A stretch of DNA of 64,000 nucleotides from the human T2T-CHM13v2.0 reference genome, Homo sapiens. Below, one piece after another: positions 29,723 to 42,974 of this stretch; position 1 is the first letter of the stretch; every line of letters begins with the position of its first letter. The notes under the pieces are model-generated. The model saw only the letters and a list, made by a program, of their open reading frames with translations. It was not told the origin of the DNA and ran no database searches. Both the position numbers and the translations under genes were made by a program. The stretch lies in the NCBI RefSeq assembly GCF_009914755.1, contig NC_060925.1; one strand, 5' to 3'.

Positions 29723-30012
29723 TCCCTTATTGTTTTTTAAAGAACATTTGTTGAGGCTCCTATATGCCAGGCACAAAGCAGGGTGTTTTCCCCATCATCT
29801 CCCTGAAATCCCCACCATTCCCCAATGAGGTTGACATTCTGATCCCCATTTACTGATGAGAGCATGGAGTTCCCTGGGAAATTCTGTGTTAATAAGAAAA
29901 TAAGGGGCATGCATAGGCAATTGGCCAAAGAAGGACTAGAAATGCCCAATCAACACATGAAATGGCATAAATCCTGTGTAGTCAGTGCAGGGTGGCAAGA
30001 GGTGCTTTATGA

Positions 30013-30328
<316 letters not shown>

Positions 30329-30446
30329 GAAGTGATTTAGTCTTTAAACTCCAAGACAGAGAGCCCTGGGCTCAAATCCCTGTTCACAGCACCATTTGGC
30401 TGTGCAACCTTGATCCATGTGTTTAACCCTTTATACCCAGGTTCCC

Positions 30447-30587
30447 CCACCTGTTAAACAGAGCCAATAATAGTACCTCCATGGGTAGAGCACTGCCTTC
30501 TACATGAAACTCAGTAAAGGATGACTTTAAAAATTGCATGTAATTGACACATAAGTAAATCTTCCATTAGCTGTTAGTCAGTAAACA
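30447..30587 (+). repeat. Likely source copy of a 141-bp local duplication (partner 32638-32778)
   Basis: Direct alignment GTACCTCCATGG...CACTGCCTTCTACAT...GCATGTAATTGACAC..AAGTAAAT...TAGCTGTTAGTCAGTAAACA. Confidence 0.9.
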
Positions 30588-32504
30588 AAGTCAGCAATAA
30601 TATCTTACCTTTTAGCTATCAGATCGATGGGGAAAATTAACATTGTACAGCTTTGGAAAGAGCTCAAAGGGGAGTGGCATCCTCTTTTGCTGTTGGTAGA
30701 CATGTAAATTGGCACCATGCTTCTAGAGAACAAATTTGCCCGTTTATATCAAAATTCTGTTATATACAATTTGCATTGTTTATTCTCTGTTACCTCCTGG
30801 CACCTGGGACTGGTTTCCTCATGGCTGTGACCCCTGTGCCTAGGATCATGCTTGGCATGTAAACAATTCTCAATACGTCTTGTTGAATGAATGAATGAAT
30901 GAATGTGCCAAATTGACTTAAGACTTCTGCTCCTAAGGATCAATCCCAAACCAGTAGGCAAAGCGGTAGGTGTGAAATACTTAATGAGCATGATTTATAG
31001 TAGCAAAAAAAATGGGAATGGCCTCCTGTCCACCCACCCACATGAGGGTACAGCCAAAAAGTCCTGTACAGTGGTCAAAAAGTGACACATGTCTACATTC
31101 ATTGATACCCAAGTTTCTCCGCTACCGTCAATGAATAAAAGAAGCAAACGGTCAAGCAGAGTTTAATTTGATGCAATTTGTGTAAAAGTGTGTGTGTGTG
31201 TGCGTGTGCGTGTGCGTGCACAGGTGTGTTTGTGTGTTTGAAGGTCTGGAATGGTAGTTACTTGTTTCTGGGTGACAGGATTCCAGGGAATAGTTTTTCT
31301 TTCTCATGCCTTTCTGAATCTTTTGATTTTTTTAAAATTGAGAATATGTAAACTTTGCAAGCAGATAAACTAAAAACAAATTAAAGGACAGAATATTAAA
31401 AGGGAAACAGAAGGAAAGGGAACAGAGAAGAGAAAGGTGAGATGCAGAAGCCAGGATATTGAAGCCTGAGGGGCATGCATGCAGGTCCAGCCCTGGGCAA
31501 GCTTTCTTGTCCCCACCCTTCCCAACTCTTGCCTGCCTTTCTCTCTCCCTCCTCAGGGTGGGGTGGGGGGTGGGGCAGCAGGGTCAGGGGTGCTGCTGCA
31601 GTTATTCCTGCCATGGGAAAGGCAAGGGCATCATCTATGGTGGAAATACAGCATCCACCTAATGCTCTACTTCCATCTCGTTTTTTAGAGGGAAGTGGGG
31701 AGCACCCCATAATCACCAGCATTATGGACAACTGAGGAAGGGACAGGACCACATGTCATAATGGCAACAGCAGCAATAACTGTAGAGTGTAAGCATGACA
31801 GGCACTCTAACAGGCATCGCATGCTTATTCTGTACCTGGCTGCAGGCTCTGCAGCATGCATTACCAAACCTAATGCTCACCACAACCCTTGTCGGGTGGT
31901 ACAGCTGTGGATATCTATTCAGTTGACTGTCATTGGCACGGCTAATAATGAAAACCATCAGCATGCCTGTGTCTATGATGGGCTTTATATCCTACATACA
32001 CATAAAGTGCCTTAGATGAATTAACTTAGGTGATTACTACAACTACCTATGAGATCCATACTATCATCCCCATTTTATAGATGAGGAAACTGACACACGG
32101 AGAGGTTTGACTTGCTCAAGGATATCAAACTAATAAGAGGCAGACATAAAAATCAAACCCAGGTTATCTAACTCCAGACTCCAGAATTGTGCCCTCTAGG
32201 CTGTACTGAATCTGAGGTTCAGGAACCATAAATTGGCAGCCAGGGTCTCACTGTCAGCAAAGCTGCAATGGATCGGAAACACCAGACTCAGGGCCTCTTG
32301 GTGCCTCTGTTTCACCAGTTTTCTCTGCAAGGCTGATTGCTCCCCTTACCCCACCTCCCGGTAGCGCTCAATCTAATTAATGCTTGTGAAGCTGCAGGGC
32401 AGTTTATTTAACAGGTGTTCCCAGAGCACAAATGTTTTCATCTTTCCTCCTCAAATGCTCCAGACAAGTAAGCACTTCCCAGCTCAGAAACGTGTATTAA
32501 CCAC

Positions 32505-33157
32505 CATATGTTCTTATTTTCTGTATTCTTGATGGTTTAACATCTTAAGGGTCTTGCCCAGCTGGGGAAAGACTACCCTTCCCAGGGCCAGCTAATTCCT
32601 AGAGATGAGTGTGCCTTTCATATGCAAACCAACGAGTCCACCTCTTAAGCAGAGATAGTAATGGTACCTCCATGGATAGAACACTGCCTTCTACATAGTA
32701 CTCAGTAAATGATGGCTTTAAAAAAATGCATGTAATTGACACGTAAGTAAATACTCAGTAGCTGTTAGTCAGTAAACATAAATGTACTGTGCCCAACTAT
32801 CTCCTTTATGGAGCTCACATTGGTCACCCCTGCCCTAATCACCCCAGGTAACAGGCAACTAAAGGCAGTTCATACACCTCAGAGCCTGCTGGAATTATTC
32901 AAATTAGCCGGTCCTAAACCAGCTTAGCCTGTTTACTCTGCCTCGCCCGTTCCTTCCTGGGAAAACCACAATAAAGGCTTTCACCCTTACTTTTCCCTCA
33001 CCCCTTCTGCCTCCTGGCTGACCCTGTGTCTCCCTGTGTGGCCCTGCAAAGGGTGGCATGCCCCCTTCTCCTGGGACCTGTGAGTAACAAACAGTCTTCT
33101 CAATGGCAGGCATCTCCTGGTCTGTTGGCTTCATCATATCTGAGTGATAGTGAGACA
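32505..33157 (+). mobile_element. ERVL LTR (MER54/MER74-group) carrying a 141-bp templated insert
   Basis: CCAGGGCCAGCTAATTCCTAGAGAT, ACCACAATAAAGGC, TGTGAGTAACAAAC motifs; subfamily tentative. Confidence 0.65.
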
Positions 33158-33658
33158 CATCCCAGCCTGCCTTGAGGAAGGGTGGCCTAGCCAGGGGGGC
33201 ACCTATGACATCATAAATCTCTACCTAGGAGTCCCCTCTCTCTATGGCCTGCAAAGTCCCCTTCTACCTAGCACAGCCCCTCAGACTCTGTTCTTCTTAT
33301 ATTTGCTTCAATGAGAGATTTTGCACCACGGTTGCTGAGAGTGTGGGTTCAAGGCCCTGCTGTGCCATTTCCAGGCTGCGCTCCCCTGGGCCAGTTGTTT
33401 AACCTCTCTGTACCTCAATTTCCCCATGTGTAAAATAGGAAAATAATTCGAACTGGGACTCCTGAGAAGGGAAGAAGGAACCAACATTGGTTAATACCTA
33501 TGACAAGCACCCTGTGAGGCAGGCATCAGCACCCTCATTTTGCAGGCAAAAGGACCAAAGTTCTGAGAGATGTATGTTTTCTGCAGGTCTGGCAGAAAGA
33601 AACAAATGGAGCCATAGTATAAGCCTATTTTATTGCATCTCTCTTCTCCCATTAACAG

Positions 33659-33745
33659 GGTTGGTACTAGGATGCAGCAAGCAGAATACTGGAGGTGCAA
33701 AATGTCAGAAGCCACTCACTCGCAGGTTTGAGCACTTGGGAACAG
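33659..33745 (+). CDS. Putative exon C (LVLGCSKQNTGGAKCQKPLTRRFEHLGT)
   Basis: CTCTCTTCTCCCATTAACAG acceptor, CAG|GTGTGT donor, phase 1-1. Confidence 0.25.
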
Positions 33746-33957
33746 GTGTGTGTGCTTAAATTTTAGACCCTAGATGCCTCGTCTGCCTCACTCTAACCCC
33801 TGCCCTGCCCACCGAACACTCATGCTAAGGCTAACTTTCTCTCCCAATCCTACCCCCAGTATAAGTCTGGGGAGCTCATCTTAACTAATCTACAGGGAAA
33901 GAGAGGGCCTCCTGGGAACAATCTTTTACTAAACAAAGAAAGCTAAGGCTGGGCTTG

Positions 33958-33960
<3 letters not shown>

Positions 33961-33998
<38 letters not shown>
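33961..33998. repeat. (TG)19 microsatellite
   Basis: Perfect dinucleotide run. Confidence 0.98.
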
Positions 33999-34000
<2 letters not shown>

Positions 34001-34499
34001 GCGGGGAGGCGATCTAATATTTCCAGGGCCCAGGAAGCAGTTGGGGGTCAGGGTGCTACAACAAAAGAGGGACCCTCCCTCCAACCTGTCAGCCCAGAAC
34101 TCTACCCACCACTAAGAATGGAAGTGCGGGTCCCAAGAGCATTTTCTCCATGCTTTTTCCCACTTCATCGTTGGGAAGAGTTCCTAATAATAATAGCTAC
34201 CCCTTGTTGCTGGCTTATGTGTGTAACCCTAGCACAATGGCAGCCCCCATGTTCTGGTCTCAAGGCAACATTATGGCTAAGGAACCCAGCCCAGCAATCA
34301 AAAAGGAATTTCAACATAACTCAAGTTCCCATGTGTATTTCTCCATCCACAGGATTCCTAGATCACAACAGCAATTCCTTTTTCTTTACCATCATCACCT
34401 CCTGAAGACTCCTGGGATCTCTCTTCTCCCCATGCCTCCTAGTGCCCCTTCTCCTAAATGGCTGAACCTTTTCCCTCTCTCTTTCCTCCCATTCCACAG

Positions 34500-34548
34500 C
34501 AAAGAAGCCCAAGAAATCAGTCTGGCCACTGCAGAGCCTGCCTCAAAG
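34500..34548 (+). CDS. Putative exon D (AKKPKKSVWPLQSLPQ)
   Basis: Long pyrimidine tract plus CAG acceptor, AAG|GTAGAG donor, phase 1-2. Confidence 0.25.
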
Positions 34549-34558
34549 GTAGAGTTTA

Positions 34559-34868
34559 GGCCGGGTGTGGTCATGCATGCCTGAATCCCAATGCTTAATC
34601 CCAGCACTTTAAGAGGCTGAGGCAGGAGGATCACTTGAGGCCAGGAGGAGCTCAAGACCAGTCTGGGGAACCTGGCAAGACCTCACCTCTACTAAAAATA
34701 AAAATTAAAAAATTAGCCGGGTGTAGTGGTGCATGCCTGAAGTCCCAGCTACTCCAGGGGCCGAGGTGGGAGGATCTCTTGAGCCCAGGAGGTCAAGGTT
34801 GCAGTGAGCCATGATCACACCACTGTGTTCCACCCTGGGGAACAGAGCAAGACCCTGTCTCAAAAAGT
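34559..34868 (+). mobile_element. Alu (AluJ-like)
   Basis: Dimer with a small 5' internal duplication (TGCCTGAATCCCA/TGCTTAATCCCA). Confidence 0.93.
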
Positions 34869-35237
34869 AACATTGAGCTTTAAAAGACTTTAACAGGTAC
34901 AGGCAGAATTCTCTGACAGATTGAAAACAAGCAGAGGTTAATAATTTCCACTTGTCACTCAAATGTACCCTCTTCATGTCTTTACAACAGACCAATTCCT
35001 ACTGCTGGTTACCCACTTCCATACAGGACAATGCCATCACCCAGCAGCTCAAGCCAAAACCCCAAGGAGTTTGATTCATCCGCTTCCCCACATCCTACAT
35101 GTGATATATCAGGACATCTGGCGCTTGTGCCTCCAAATATACTCTAATTGTGTGTCTACCTCTTGCCTTCTCTGCTGCTGCTGACAGTTATACTCCAGCA
35201 GCCTCTGTCACTGCAACAGCCTCCCCACTGGTCTCCC

Positions 35238-35794
35238 TGTTATCGGAAAAAGGGTCTTGATCCAGATTCCAAGAGAGGGTTCTTGGACCTCGTGCAGAAA
35301 AAAAATTCAAGGTGGGTGTCAGAGTACAGTGAGAAGAGATAGTTTATTGAAAGCTGCTTTGTTATAGAGTATAGCATCCTCCAAAAGCCGGCAGAGGAAT
35401 ACAATGTCTTTGGTGTAAGCTTTTCTTATATAGGGGTCTTGTCTATGTAAAGACTACGCTAAGCTGTGCCTACGTGCGGGTAAGTAGACAGCGTCACAAA
35501 ATGTGTTATTCTATTGATTTGAAGAAAACTATCCTTGACATTCCACTGTGTGAGTACATCAAAGCATAACTACAATTATCTTGAAGGAATATGTTGTTAC
35601 GGCTGTTAGGATGTGTGGACTTTCTGCTGTTGAGGGAGTGTGTCCTTGTAGGTATCTTTAGGTTGTTTCCTCAACTATAAACATCTTATGACCCTGAGTC
35701 GTGACTGGTAAAGAATGTGCCTCGCTAGTTTTAAGATGGAGTTGATTTTAAAATGGTGTCGCTCTGGCTCTCCTAGGCTCCAGCTTCCCTAACA
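35238..35794 (-). mobile_element. MER41C/D-like solo LTR inside an L2 fragment
   Basis: TGTTATCGGAAAAAGGGTCTTGATCCAGATTCCAAGAGAGGGTTCTTGG is the reverse MER41 3' end; ends CTTCCCTAACA. Confidence 0.8.
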
Positions 35795-35907
35795 TTTCTG
35801 CTTCTGCTATTTCCCACAGGTGGAGTCCATTGTACACACAGCAGCCATGGTGACTGCATACAAATGCAAATCAGAGCACGCCATTCCTCTGTTTAAAACT
35901 TTGCAAC

Positions 35908-36208
35908 AGGCCAGGCCCCATGGCTCATGCCTGTAATCCCAGCACTTTTGGAGGCTGATGTGTGCAGATCCCTTGAGCCCAGGAGTTTGAGATGAGCCTG
36001 GCCAACATGGCAAAACGCTGTCTTTACTAAAAATGCAAATATTAGCCAGGTGCAATGGTGCACGTCTGTAATCTCAACTACTCAGGAGGCTGAGGCATGA
36101 GAATCGCTTAACCCGGGAGGCGGAGGTTTCAGTGAGCCAAGATCACACCACTGCACTCCAGCCTGGGTGACAGAGCAAGATCCTATCTCAAAAGAAAAAA
36201 AAAACAAC
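35908..36208 (+). mobile_element. Alu
   Basis: Dimer; TSD AACTTTGCA. Confidence 0.94.
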
Positions 36209-37247
36209 AACTTTGCAGTAGCCTCCCATGTCCCCAGAATAAAATCCAACCCCCACCCCACAGTGAGCTACAAGGTTCTCCATGATCCAGATCCTTCCAG
36301 TTCCTTCCCATTCAAGCTTCCCCTCCAACGCTGCCTCCTCTGAGACCCCAGTCTGATGATTTCCTCTGATGCCAAGAATTCCCCTGCCATGGTGCCCTCT
36401 CGTTCCCTTGTGTATCACCCCAGTTTCTGTAGTCCCTGTCATTGATGGCTTTTGTTTTGTTTTGTCCCTCATTTACCACCTGTCTCCCCAACTAGAGAAT
36501 AAAGTCCATGTGAGAGCCCCTTCCTCACCTGATGCTGCCTTTCCAGTGCCCTAGTATGTTGTCTGGCCAATAATCACTTAAATACTTATTGACTAAATAT
36601 ATGAACACACAAATCAGCAATCCACTAAAAATACATTTGCATCAGTTTGCCTGCAGGAACAGAAAAGGACTCAGCCTGGCTTGAGCAATGAGGACTTTTT
36701 TTATTCCCCATAACAGGAGTCCAGAGGTCAGATGGGCTCTGAGTGTAGTATGATCAGGGCTCTGGCTCAATTTCTTTGTGGTTATCTCAGCTCTGTCTTT
36801 CTCCAAGTGTTAGATTTATCCTCAGACTGGCTGCTCTTATGAGCACACGTCAGCCACCAGGAGCAACTGGAGTAAGAGGCTTCACTGTTCCCATCCAGTA
36901 GGAGAGAAAAAAACCCTACCACCACCACCTGCCCCAGACAAGACGATTGGCCACCCACTTGGAATGCCATACACCGATTGGCTTAAGTCTGGACTCCTAG
37001 CCAATCACTGGCAATCCTGACCATGCTTGAGGACTCTAACTAGGATCATCCATCCTAGCCCTGGGGATAGATCCTGCTTCCCATATATGTAAATGGCTTC
37101 ATCAGGGAGGGGCGAATGCTTGAGCAAGACAGGAGTCCCCTTAGGAAGAAGGAATGGGGAGTGAGTGTCGCAAAGGTGCCCTACAAAATTATTATCCCCA
37201 TTTTACAGATGAGGGAGCCTCTGCCCAGAAAGGTTGGGTTATATGCC

Positions 37248-37653
37248 TGATATCGTTTGGATCTGTGTCCCCGCCCAAATCTCATGTCGAATTGTAATCC
37301 CCAACGTTGAGGGATGGGGCCTGGTGGGAGGTGCTTGGATCATGGGGGTGGATTTCCGCCTTTGGTGCTGTCCTCATGATAGACTTCTCACAAGATCTGG
37401 TTGTTTAAAAGTGTGTAGCATGCCCCCCAACCCCCCAGCAACTTTCTTCCTTCTACTCCAGCCATGTAAGACGTGTCGGCTTTCCCTTCACCTTCCACCA
37501 TGATTGAAATTTTTCCCGAGGCCTCCCCAGAAGCCATCAAGCTTTCTGTAAAGCCTACAGAACCATGAGCCAATTAAGCCTCTTTTTTTTTTTTTTTATA
37601 AATTACCCAGTCTGAGGTATTTCTTTATAGCAGTGCAAGAATGAACTAATACA
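37248..37653 (+). mobile_element. MST MaLR solo LTR inserted in a MIR
   Basis: TGATATCGTTTGGATCTGTGTCCCCGCCCAAATCTCATG...AACTAATACA; TSD ATGCC/GTGCC. Confidence 0.92.
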
Positions 37654-39430
37654 GTGCCCAAACTCGGAGTTCTTCTGCAAGGAAATCTAGATTTGAACCC
37701 AGACCTCCCTGACTCCAGGGCTTGTAGTGGCCAGGTTCGAAGCTCTCCAAGCCTGCTTGGATCAGCGTGCCCCTACTGGGGAATGGCCAAGGGGCATGCT
37801 GGGGAATGGCCAAGTCTGGTTTCCCAGTGATGCTGAATCACTAGAGGGGTCCAGTGGGGGTGGGATTAAGATTCCACCTCATCCTCCCAGGTTTTTTTTT
37901 TTTTAAATCCTCCCCAGTCCTGAAGGTCTGGTCTTGGTCCCCAGGTCCAGGGAACATCCACAGTCAACCCAGTCTTGAGGGTGTTCCCGCCTCTACGTTC
38001 CTAAGCTGCAGTCCCCTGACGTGGGATTCATCTCTGGGAGTAAACTCCCCATCCCCTGCCTCCCTAAGACTGCCACCTGTGTAAGGTAGAACCCACTGGG
38101 ATCCACCACAGCCTCCCTACTCACCACACTCCTCCTTGCACCTTCTGTTCCAGCCCGGCTCCCTCTCTCTCACCTCTGTGATTTTGCATGGGCTGACCAT
38201 TCCCTCTGCTTGATACACTATATCCCTGCTTCTCTTCTTTCTCTCCCCATTGCTCACCTCTTCATCATTGTCCCTCACTTCTTAGCTTATGACCCTACAA
38301 GTCACCTCCCTCTGCTTCAGTTTTCTTATCTGAGAAGCAGAATTAATAATAGAATTTTTGTGGAAAATAAATGAGAAAATGCACGTAACATGCTTAGAAC
38401 CCTGTTTGGCATGTAATCAAGTGTTTATGAAAAGTTTGCTATTATGATGATTATTATCTATCTCATCCTTTAGGTCTGAGTTTACACATCACTTCCTCCA
38501 GGAAGCCCTCTCTGAATACCTCTCCCAAGTCAAAGTTATTTGCCCTGCTCTCTGCTCATACACATCCTGTGTAGGACAAGAGGCTATCACTTGTCACACC
38601 AAAGTAATCATTTACTCATCCCTGGCAGCAGAGATGACAGTGTCTGTCTGGTTTACCCTTATGTTCTAGGTGCCTAACACATTGCCTGCCACACTGTCAC
38701 GAATAAATAGACACTTATGGGTAAGAAAATCAATGAACAACTGAAGTAGCAATAAGTCTCTGTACACCTGAGTCATTGGGCCACCAGTAGTTTCTCAACA
38801 GTGATGACAAGGATTTTCATCTGCTCTGAGAACTTCCTTTCCCTCCCTGCCCCCTGGTGAACACCAGCCCAGAGTTTAGCATTCAAGCCGTGATTAGTGC
38901 TTTCTCTTCTCCCCAGCCTGCCTTTCAGAACAGATGCCTCTCCCTCCCAATCAGTCCCCTCTACTGCTGCACCTGGTGTTTCATCAAAGGACCCTGATTT
39001 CCCTCCCGCCGCCCAAATCCATCAGACACATTTTGGCTGCCAATAGGGGCTGACCCTCCCCACCAAGGCCAGGCCCTACCCTGGCAGGGAAGCAAAACCT
39101 GGGCTCCGTGGCCCCACCACTCCTGTCCCTTCTGAAACCATGTGCACTGTTCACAGATACAGATAATCCATGCAGGCAAATGGGAAACCAGGCAAAGATA
39201 ATCCAAAACCAGCCGAGGATCCAGAAGTCATTTCTATTTGGCTTTGAAGTGCATTCAGTTAAACTTATTTTTCCCCTACTATAGATTTAACTTCTTAATC
39301 CTCTTTTACTTCAGCTAATATTGAAATGAGTTTGCCTGCCCTATGCACACACTGTGTGTGTGTGTGTGTGTGTATGGTGGGGGTTGGGGGACCCCAGGAT
39401 GCACCTAATGATTGCAAGCAATGCAATCAG

Positions 39431-39536
39431 AGATTTGAAGCTGGTCAATGCAAGGAGCCAGGCCTGCTGGAATCCAAGGACCTGGGGTGCAGCAACCCCA
39501 GATACAGACCCTGAAGAGGCCAACAGCGGTCAGCAG
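39431..39536 (+). CDS. Putative exon E (DLKLVNARSQACWNPRTWGAATPDTDPEEANSGQQ)
   Basis: Weak acceptor (CAATCAG), CAG|GTCAGC donor, phase 2-0 continues the frame. Confidence 0.2.
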
Positions 39537-39639
39537 GTCAGCCAGGCCTCTGCCCTGCTGTCTGACACGGGAGGCCCTCTGGCTGCACAGCAGTCCAGCC
39601 TCCAAAGAAACAAAGGGCGGCCCCTCTCCACCACCCCCA

Positions 39640-39881
39640 ACACATACGCATGCAATTACACACATACATATATACACACACATACACACATGCACATACA
39701 CACACACACGAGCACATATACACACACGTGCATGCACACAATACACATATGCACACACATACATACACGTGCACACATGCACACTCACACGCATACACAC
39801 ATACATGTGCATACATGCACACACACATGCACACACACACATACACATATGTGTGCACAGGTACACACATGCACATACACT
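39640..39881. repeat. Degenerate (CA/TA/TG)n alternating purine-pyrimidine tract
   Basis: ~240 bp of CACATACACACATG-type repeats. Confidence 0.95.
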
Positions 39882-41728
39882 GCACCAGCGTTTCCCAGGG
39901 TGGAAAAATTAATGCTTTTCTCAGGAAAAAAAGAAGTCAAAAATAACTTCTCATTTACTTGGGGGAAGTTCTCAGAATCCTGATCTATGACAGAATTCCC
40001 TGCATTCCTGAGAGGAGAGGAAGCTCCCAGTCACACCTCCACCCTCCCATCCTCCCGGCCACTGGGAACGCACCCTCTTTCTGGGTAGAAGGGGTGGGTT
40101 TGGAGGTAAAAGCTCATCCCCTGTCAAGCGGCTCACCTGGAGCACGCCATGTAACCTTTCAGAGTCTCAGTGCTGTTTGAATGAATGCTAATGCCTGGCG
40201 TGTTACCTGATCAGGTGCCTGTGGGGAAGTGTAGACAATGGCGTTGAATATGGAGTCACCTGGGGATGCCGTCTTAGTCGCCCACCACCATGATGGCAGA
40301 TGATGTTAGCTGAGTGCTTACTTAACTCCAGGCCCCATTCACAGAGTTTTGAGTAGATTAGCTTACTGAATGCTTCAACAACTTTACAACACAAGTATTA
40401 TTATTCTACTCTCTTTCTACAAATGCAGACATGAACGCTTAGAACACTTACTGAGCAGCCTCAGGTCCTCCAGAGCCAGGATTCCAACCCTTGCCGAGTC
40501 CTGGACCACAGTGAGATACAGCCATGTCCACAGGCCCACAGTGTAGTGGGGATGCAGGGATGAAGAGATGGATAGGACCCATCTGCTCCTAAGGAAACCA
40601 GCCCTGTCTTTGGAAATGAAAACAGCCAGGCTGCTTAGGCCAGCCAGGGAAGGACAGAATGCACACAGTGACCCCAATGATGACCCCAATAATCCTGATG
40701 ACCCAGACCTTAACAAGAAGGAGAAATCACCCAACTTTAGACAAACACGGGTACCTCATCCCTCGCTTTATCCCTATCTCCATCTGCCTTGGACATTCCT
40801 TCAGTCCTTTGACAAGCCTTCATTGGAGCCCTACTGTGTGCCAGGCCCTATAGGAGGTCCTGGGCACTGTCAGGCTCACCTGAAAATCACCTACCCCCTC
40901 CCTATCAACGAAACCAAGAAAGTCCCAACTGAGGCAACCAACACTCCCTGAACAGTTGGTTAGACTTGCCTGACCCCTGCCTCTAGTCCTAAGCTAAGCT
41001 GGGGGTTTTCAAGGGATGTGGGCATTGGGTCCTTCTGTGGGGGCAGCCCTTGCTGCCCCTCTGCAATGCCCTTCTCATGAGGAGCCAGCAGCAGATTGAG
41101 GCACGAGGCTGTGCCGCAGAGAGCAGCTGGGGAGGGCCTCCTGGTGGTGTGGTTTTAGTGCACGTAGGCGTGAGGAGTAAATTCTGTCTCCACAGGAGCC
41201 CTGGATGTCTCTCTTCAAAGTCATTCTTGACAAATAAGGGTCAAAGCCTCTTTTTCCAGCAGATGATTCTCCTTTCCTGATAACTTTGTTCCTCTTCAAA
41301 TCCCTTGTCAAACAAGATAATGGAGAGTTCAGGACAAGAAAGTCAAAAGATGTGTTTTAACATTGAATATGCCGCCAGTTAATTAACTGCGTAACCTTGA
41401 GGGAAAAGTCTTCTCGGGGCCTCAGTTTTCTCATCTGTGCAATCAGTTAGCAATGCCATGCCTCTTCCACGGCAGCGCCCAGGCAGGCACGCTAAAAGGT
41501 CATTTATTCATCCAGCAACTTTTATCATCACAGAGTATGCCCTATGTAGCAGGTGGTGTCCTAGGTACTGGAAATATAGTAATTTACAAGATAAAGAAGT
41601 TCTCTGCTTTAATAGAACTTGCATTCACTTTATTTGGATTCACTGAATCTAAATGTGGCCTCAGAGTCCTTCTGAACACAGCCTTCAAGGCAGCCTCTAC
41701 TAATTAGATTAGCATGAAAGAGAATCTC

Positions 41729-42680
41729 TGTATCAGTCAAGGTTCTGTTGTTTCCTGACGTTTTCCTCTGAGGGTTCTCCAGAGAAAGAGAACATTTCAT
41801 ATATAGAGAAAATGAGAGAGATGGATTTTAAGGAATTAATTCAGGCAGTGTAGGGGCTGGCAAGTCTGAAATTTTTAGGGCAGGCTGAAAACTCGGCAGG
41901 ATTTCCATGTTACAGTCTGAGTCTTGAGGCAGAATTACTTCTTCCTTTTTCCTTTTTTTTTTTTTTTTTTTGAGATGGCGTCTTGTTCTGTTGCTCAGGC
42001 TGGAGTACAGTGCTATGAGCTCAGCTCACTGCAAACTCCGCCTCCCAGGTTCAAACAGTTTCCTGCCTCAGCCTCCCAAGTAGCTGGGATTATAGACGTG
42101 TGCCACCATGCCCGGCTAATTTTTGTATTTTTAGTAGAGACAGGGTTTCACCATGTTGGCCAGGCTGGTCTCGAACTCCCAACCTCAAGCGATCTGCCCA
42201 CATTGGCCTTCCAAAGTGCTGGGTTTACAGGCGTGAGCCACCGCACCCAACCAGAACTACTTTCCTGGGAAACTTTGGTTTTGGTTCTTAAGACCCAGAA
42301 ATTCAGAGACTCAAGACAATAAAGTTTTATTCCTCTCTGATGTTACGTGTCTGCTGCAGGTTGGCAGGTGGCTCTGTCCCTGAGTCACTCAGGAACCCAG
42401 ATGGGTAGAGGGACTCTGAAGGATGCTATTATCTCAACTTCTAGAGTCTTTGTGAACATTTCAGAGAGATTGTGAAGAATTCACACATGCGTCTAACCGA
42501 TTGAATGAGAGCCCCCTACAATTACCCCATTACTGAGGGTAATCTGTACTTAAAGTCAACTGGCTGCAGGTGTTTATCACATCTACAAAATACCTTCATA
42601 GCAACATCTAGACTAGTGTTTGACCAGACAACTGGGCACTGTAACCTGGCCAAGCTGACACATAAAATTGAACCATCACA
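41729..42680 (-). mobile_element. MLT2 ERVL LTR containing an AluS (41946-42252, -) and a ~200-bp templated insert
   Basis: AGGGTTCTCCAGAGAAA...GCCAAGCTGACACATAAAATTGAACCATCACA; Alu TSD AGAA(T/C)TACTT. Confidence 0.85.
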
Positions 42681-42974
42681 GGCTCGTTTTCTCATCTGTA
42701 GGAATAACCTCTAAGCCAACATTCAGCACTGACAATCTAGGACTCGAAGTTTTTAATTCTGTATAGATCTTGGGGAGAGTACTGTCTGCTGGCAGTTGGC
42801 TGAATCATCAAAGAGTCCACTTAAGTCTCAACAAGAGAAGTTAGGAAAGCGTATTTCTGAGAGGACGATTTAGACAATCACCTCCACAGAACTCTCTCAG
42901 GATGCTTTGTTAAAATGATCTGTTATTATCAGCCAAGAGCACTTTCTTCTTGTTCAACTCAGAACTTGGGAATG

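Noticed and set aside
37776-37814. Direct repeat CTGGGGAATGGCCAAG twice
   Set aside because: Short local duplication with no functional indication
39354-39983. 209-aa ORF and overlapping His/Thr- or Cys/Val-rich ORFs
   Set aside because: Open only because the CA/TG tract lacks stop codons; low complexity in all frames
40668-40712. Short GACCCCAAT/GATGACCC repeats encoding DPNDDPNNPDDPD
   Set aside because: Small slippage repeats with no supporting exon structure
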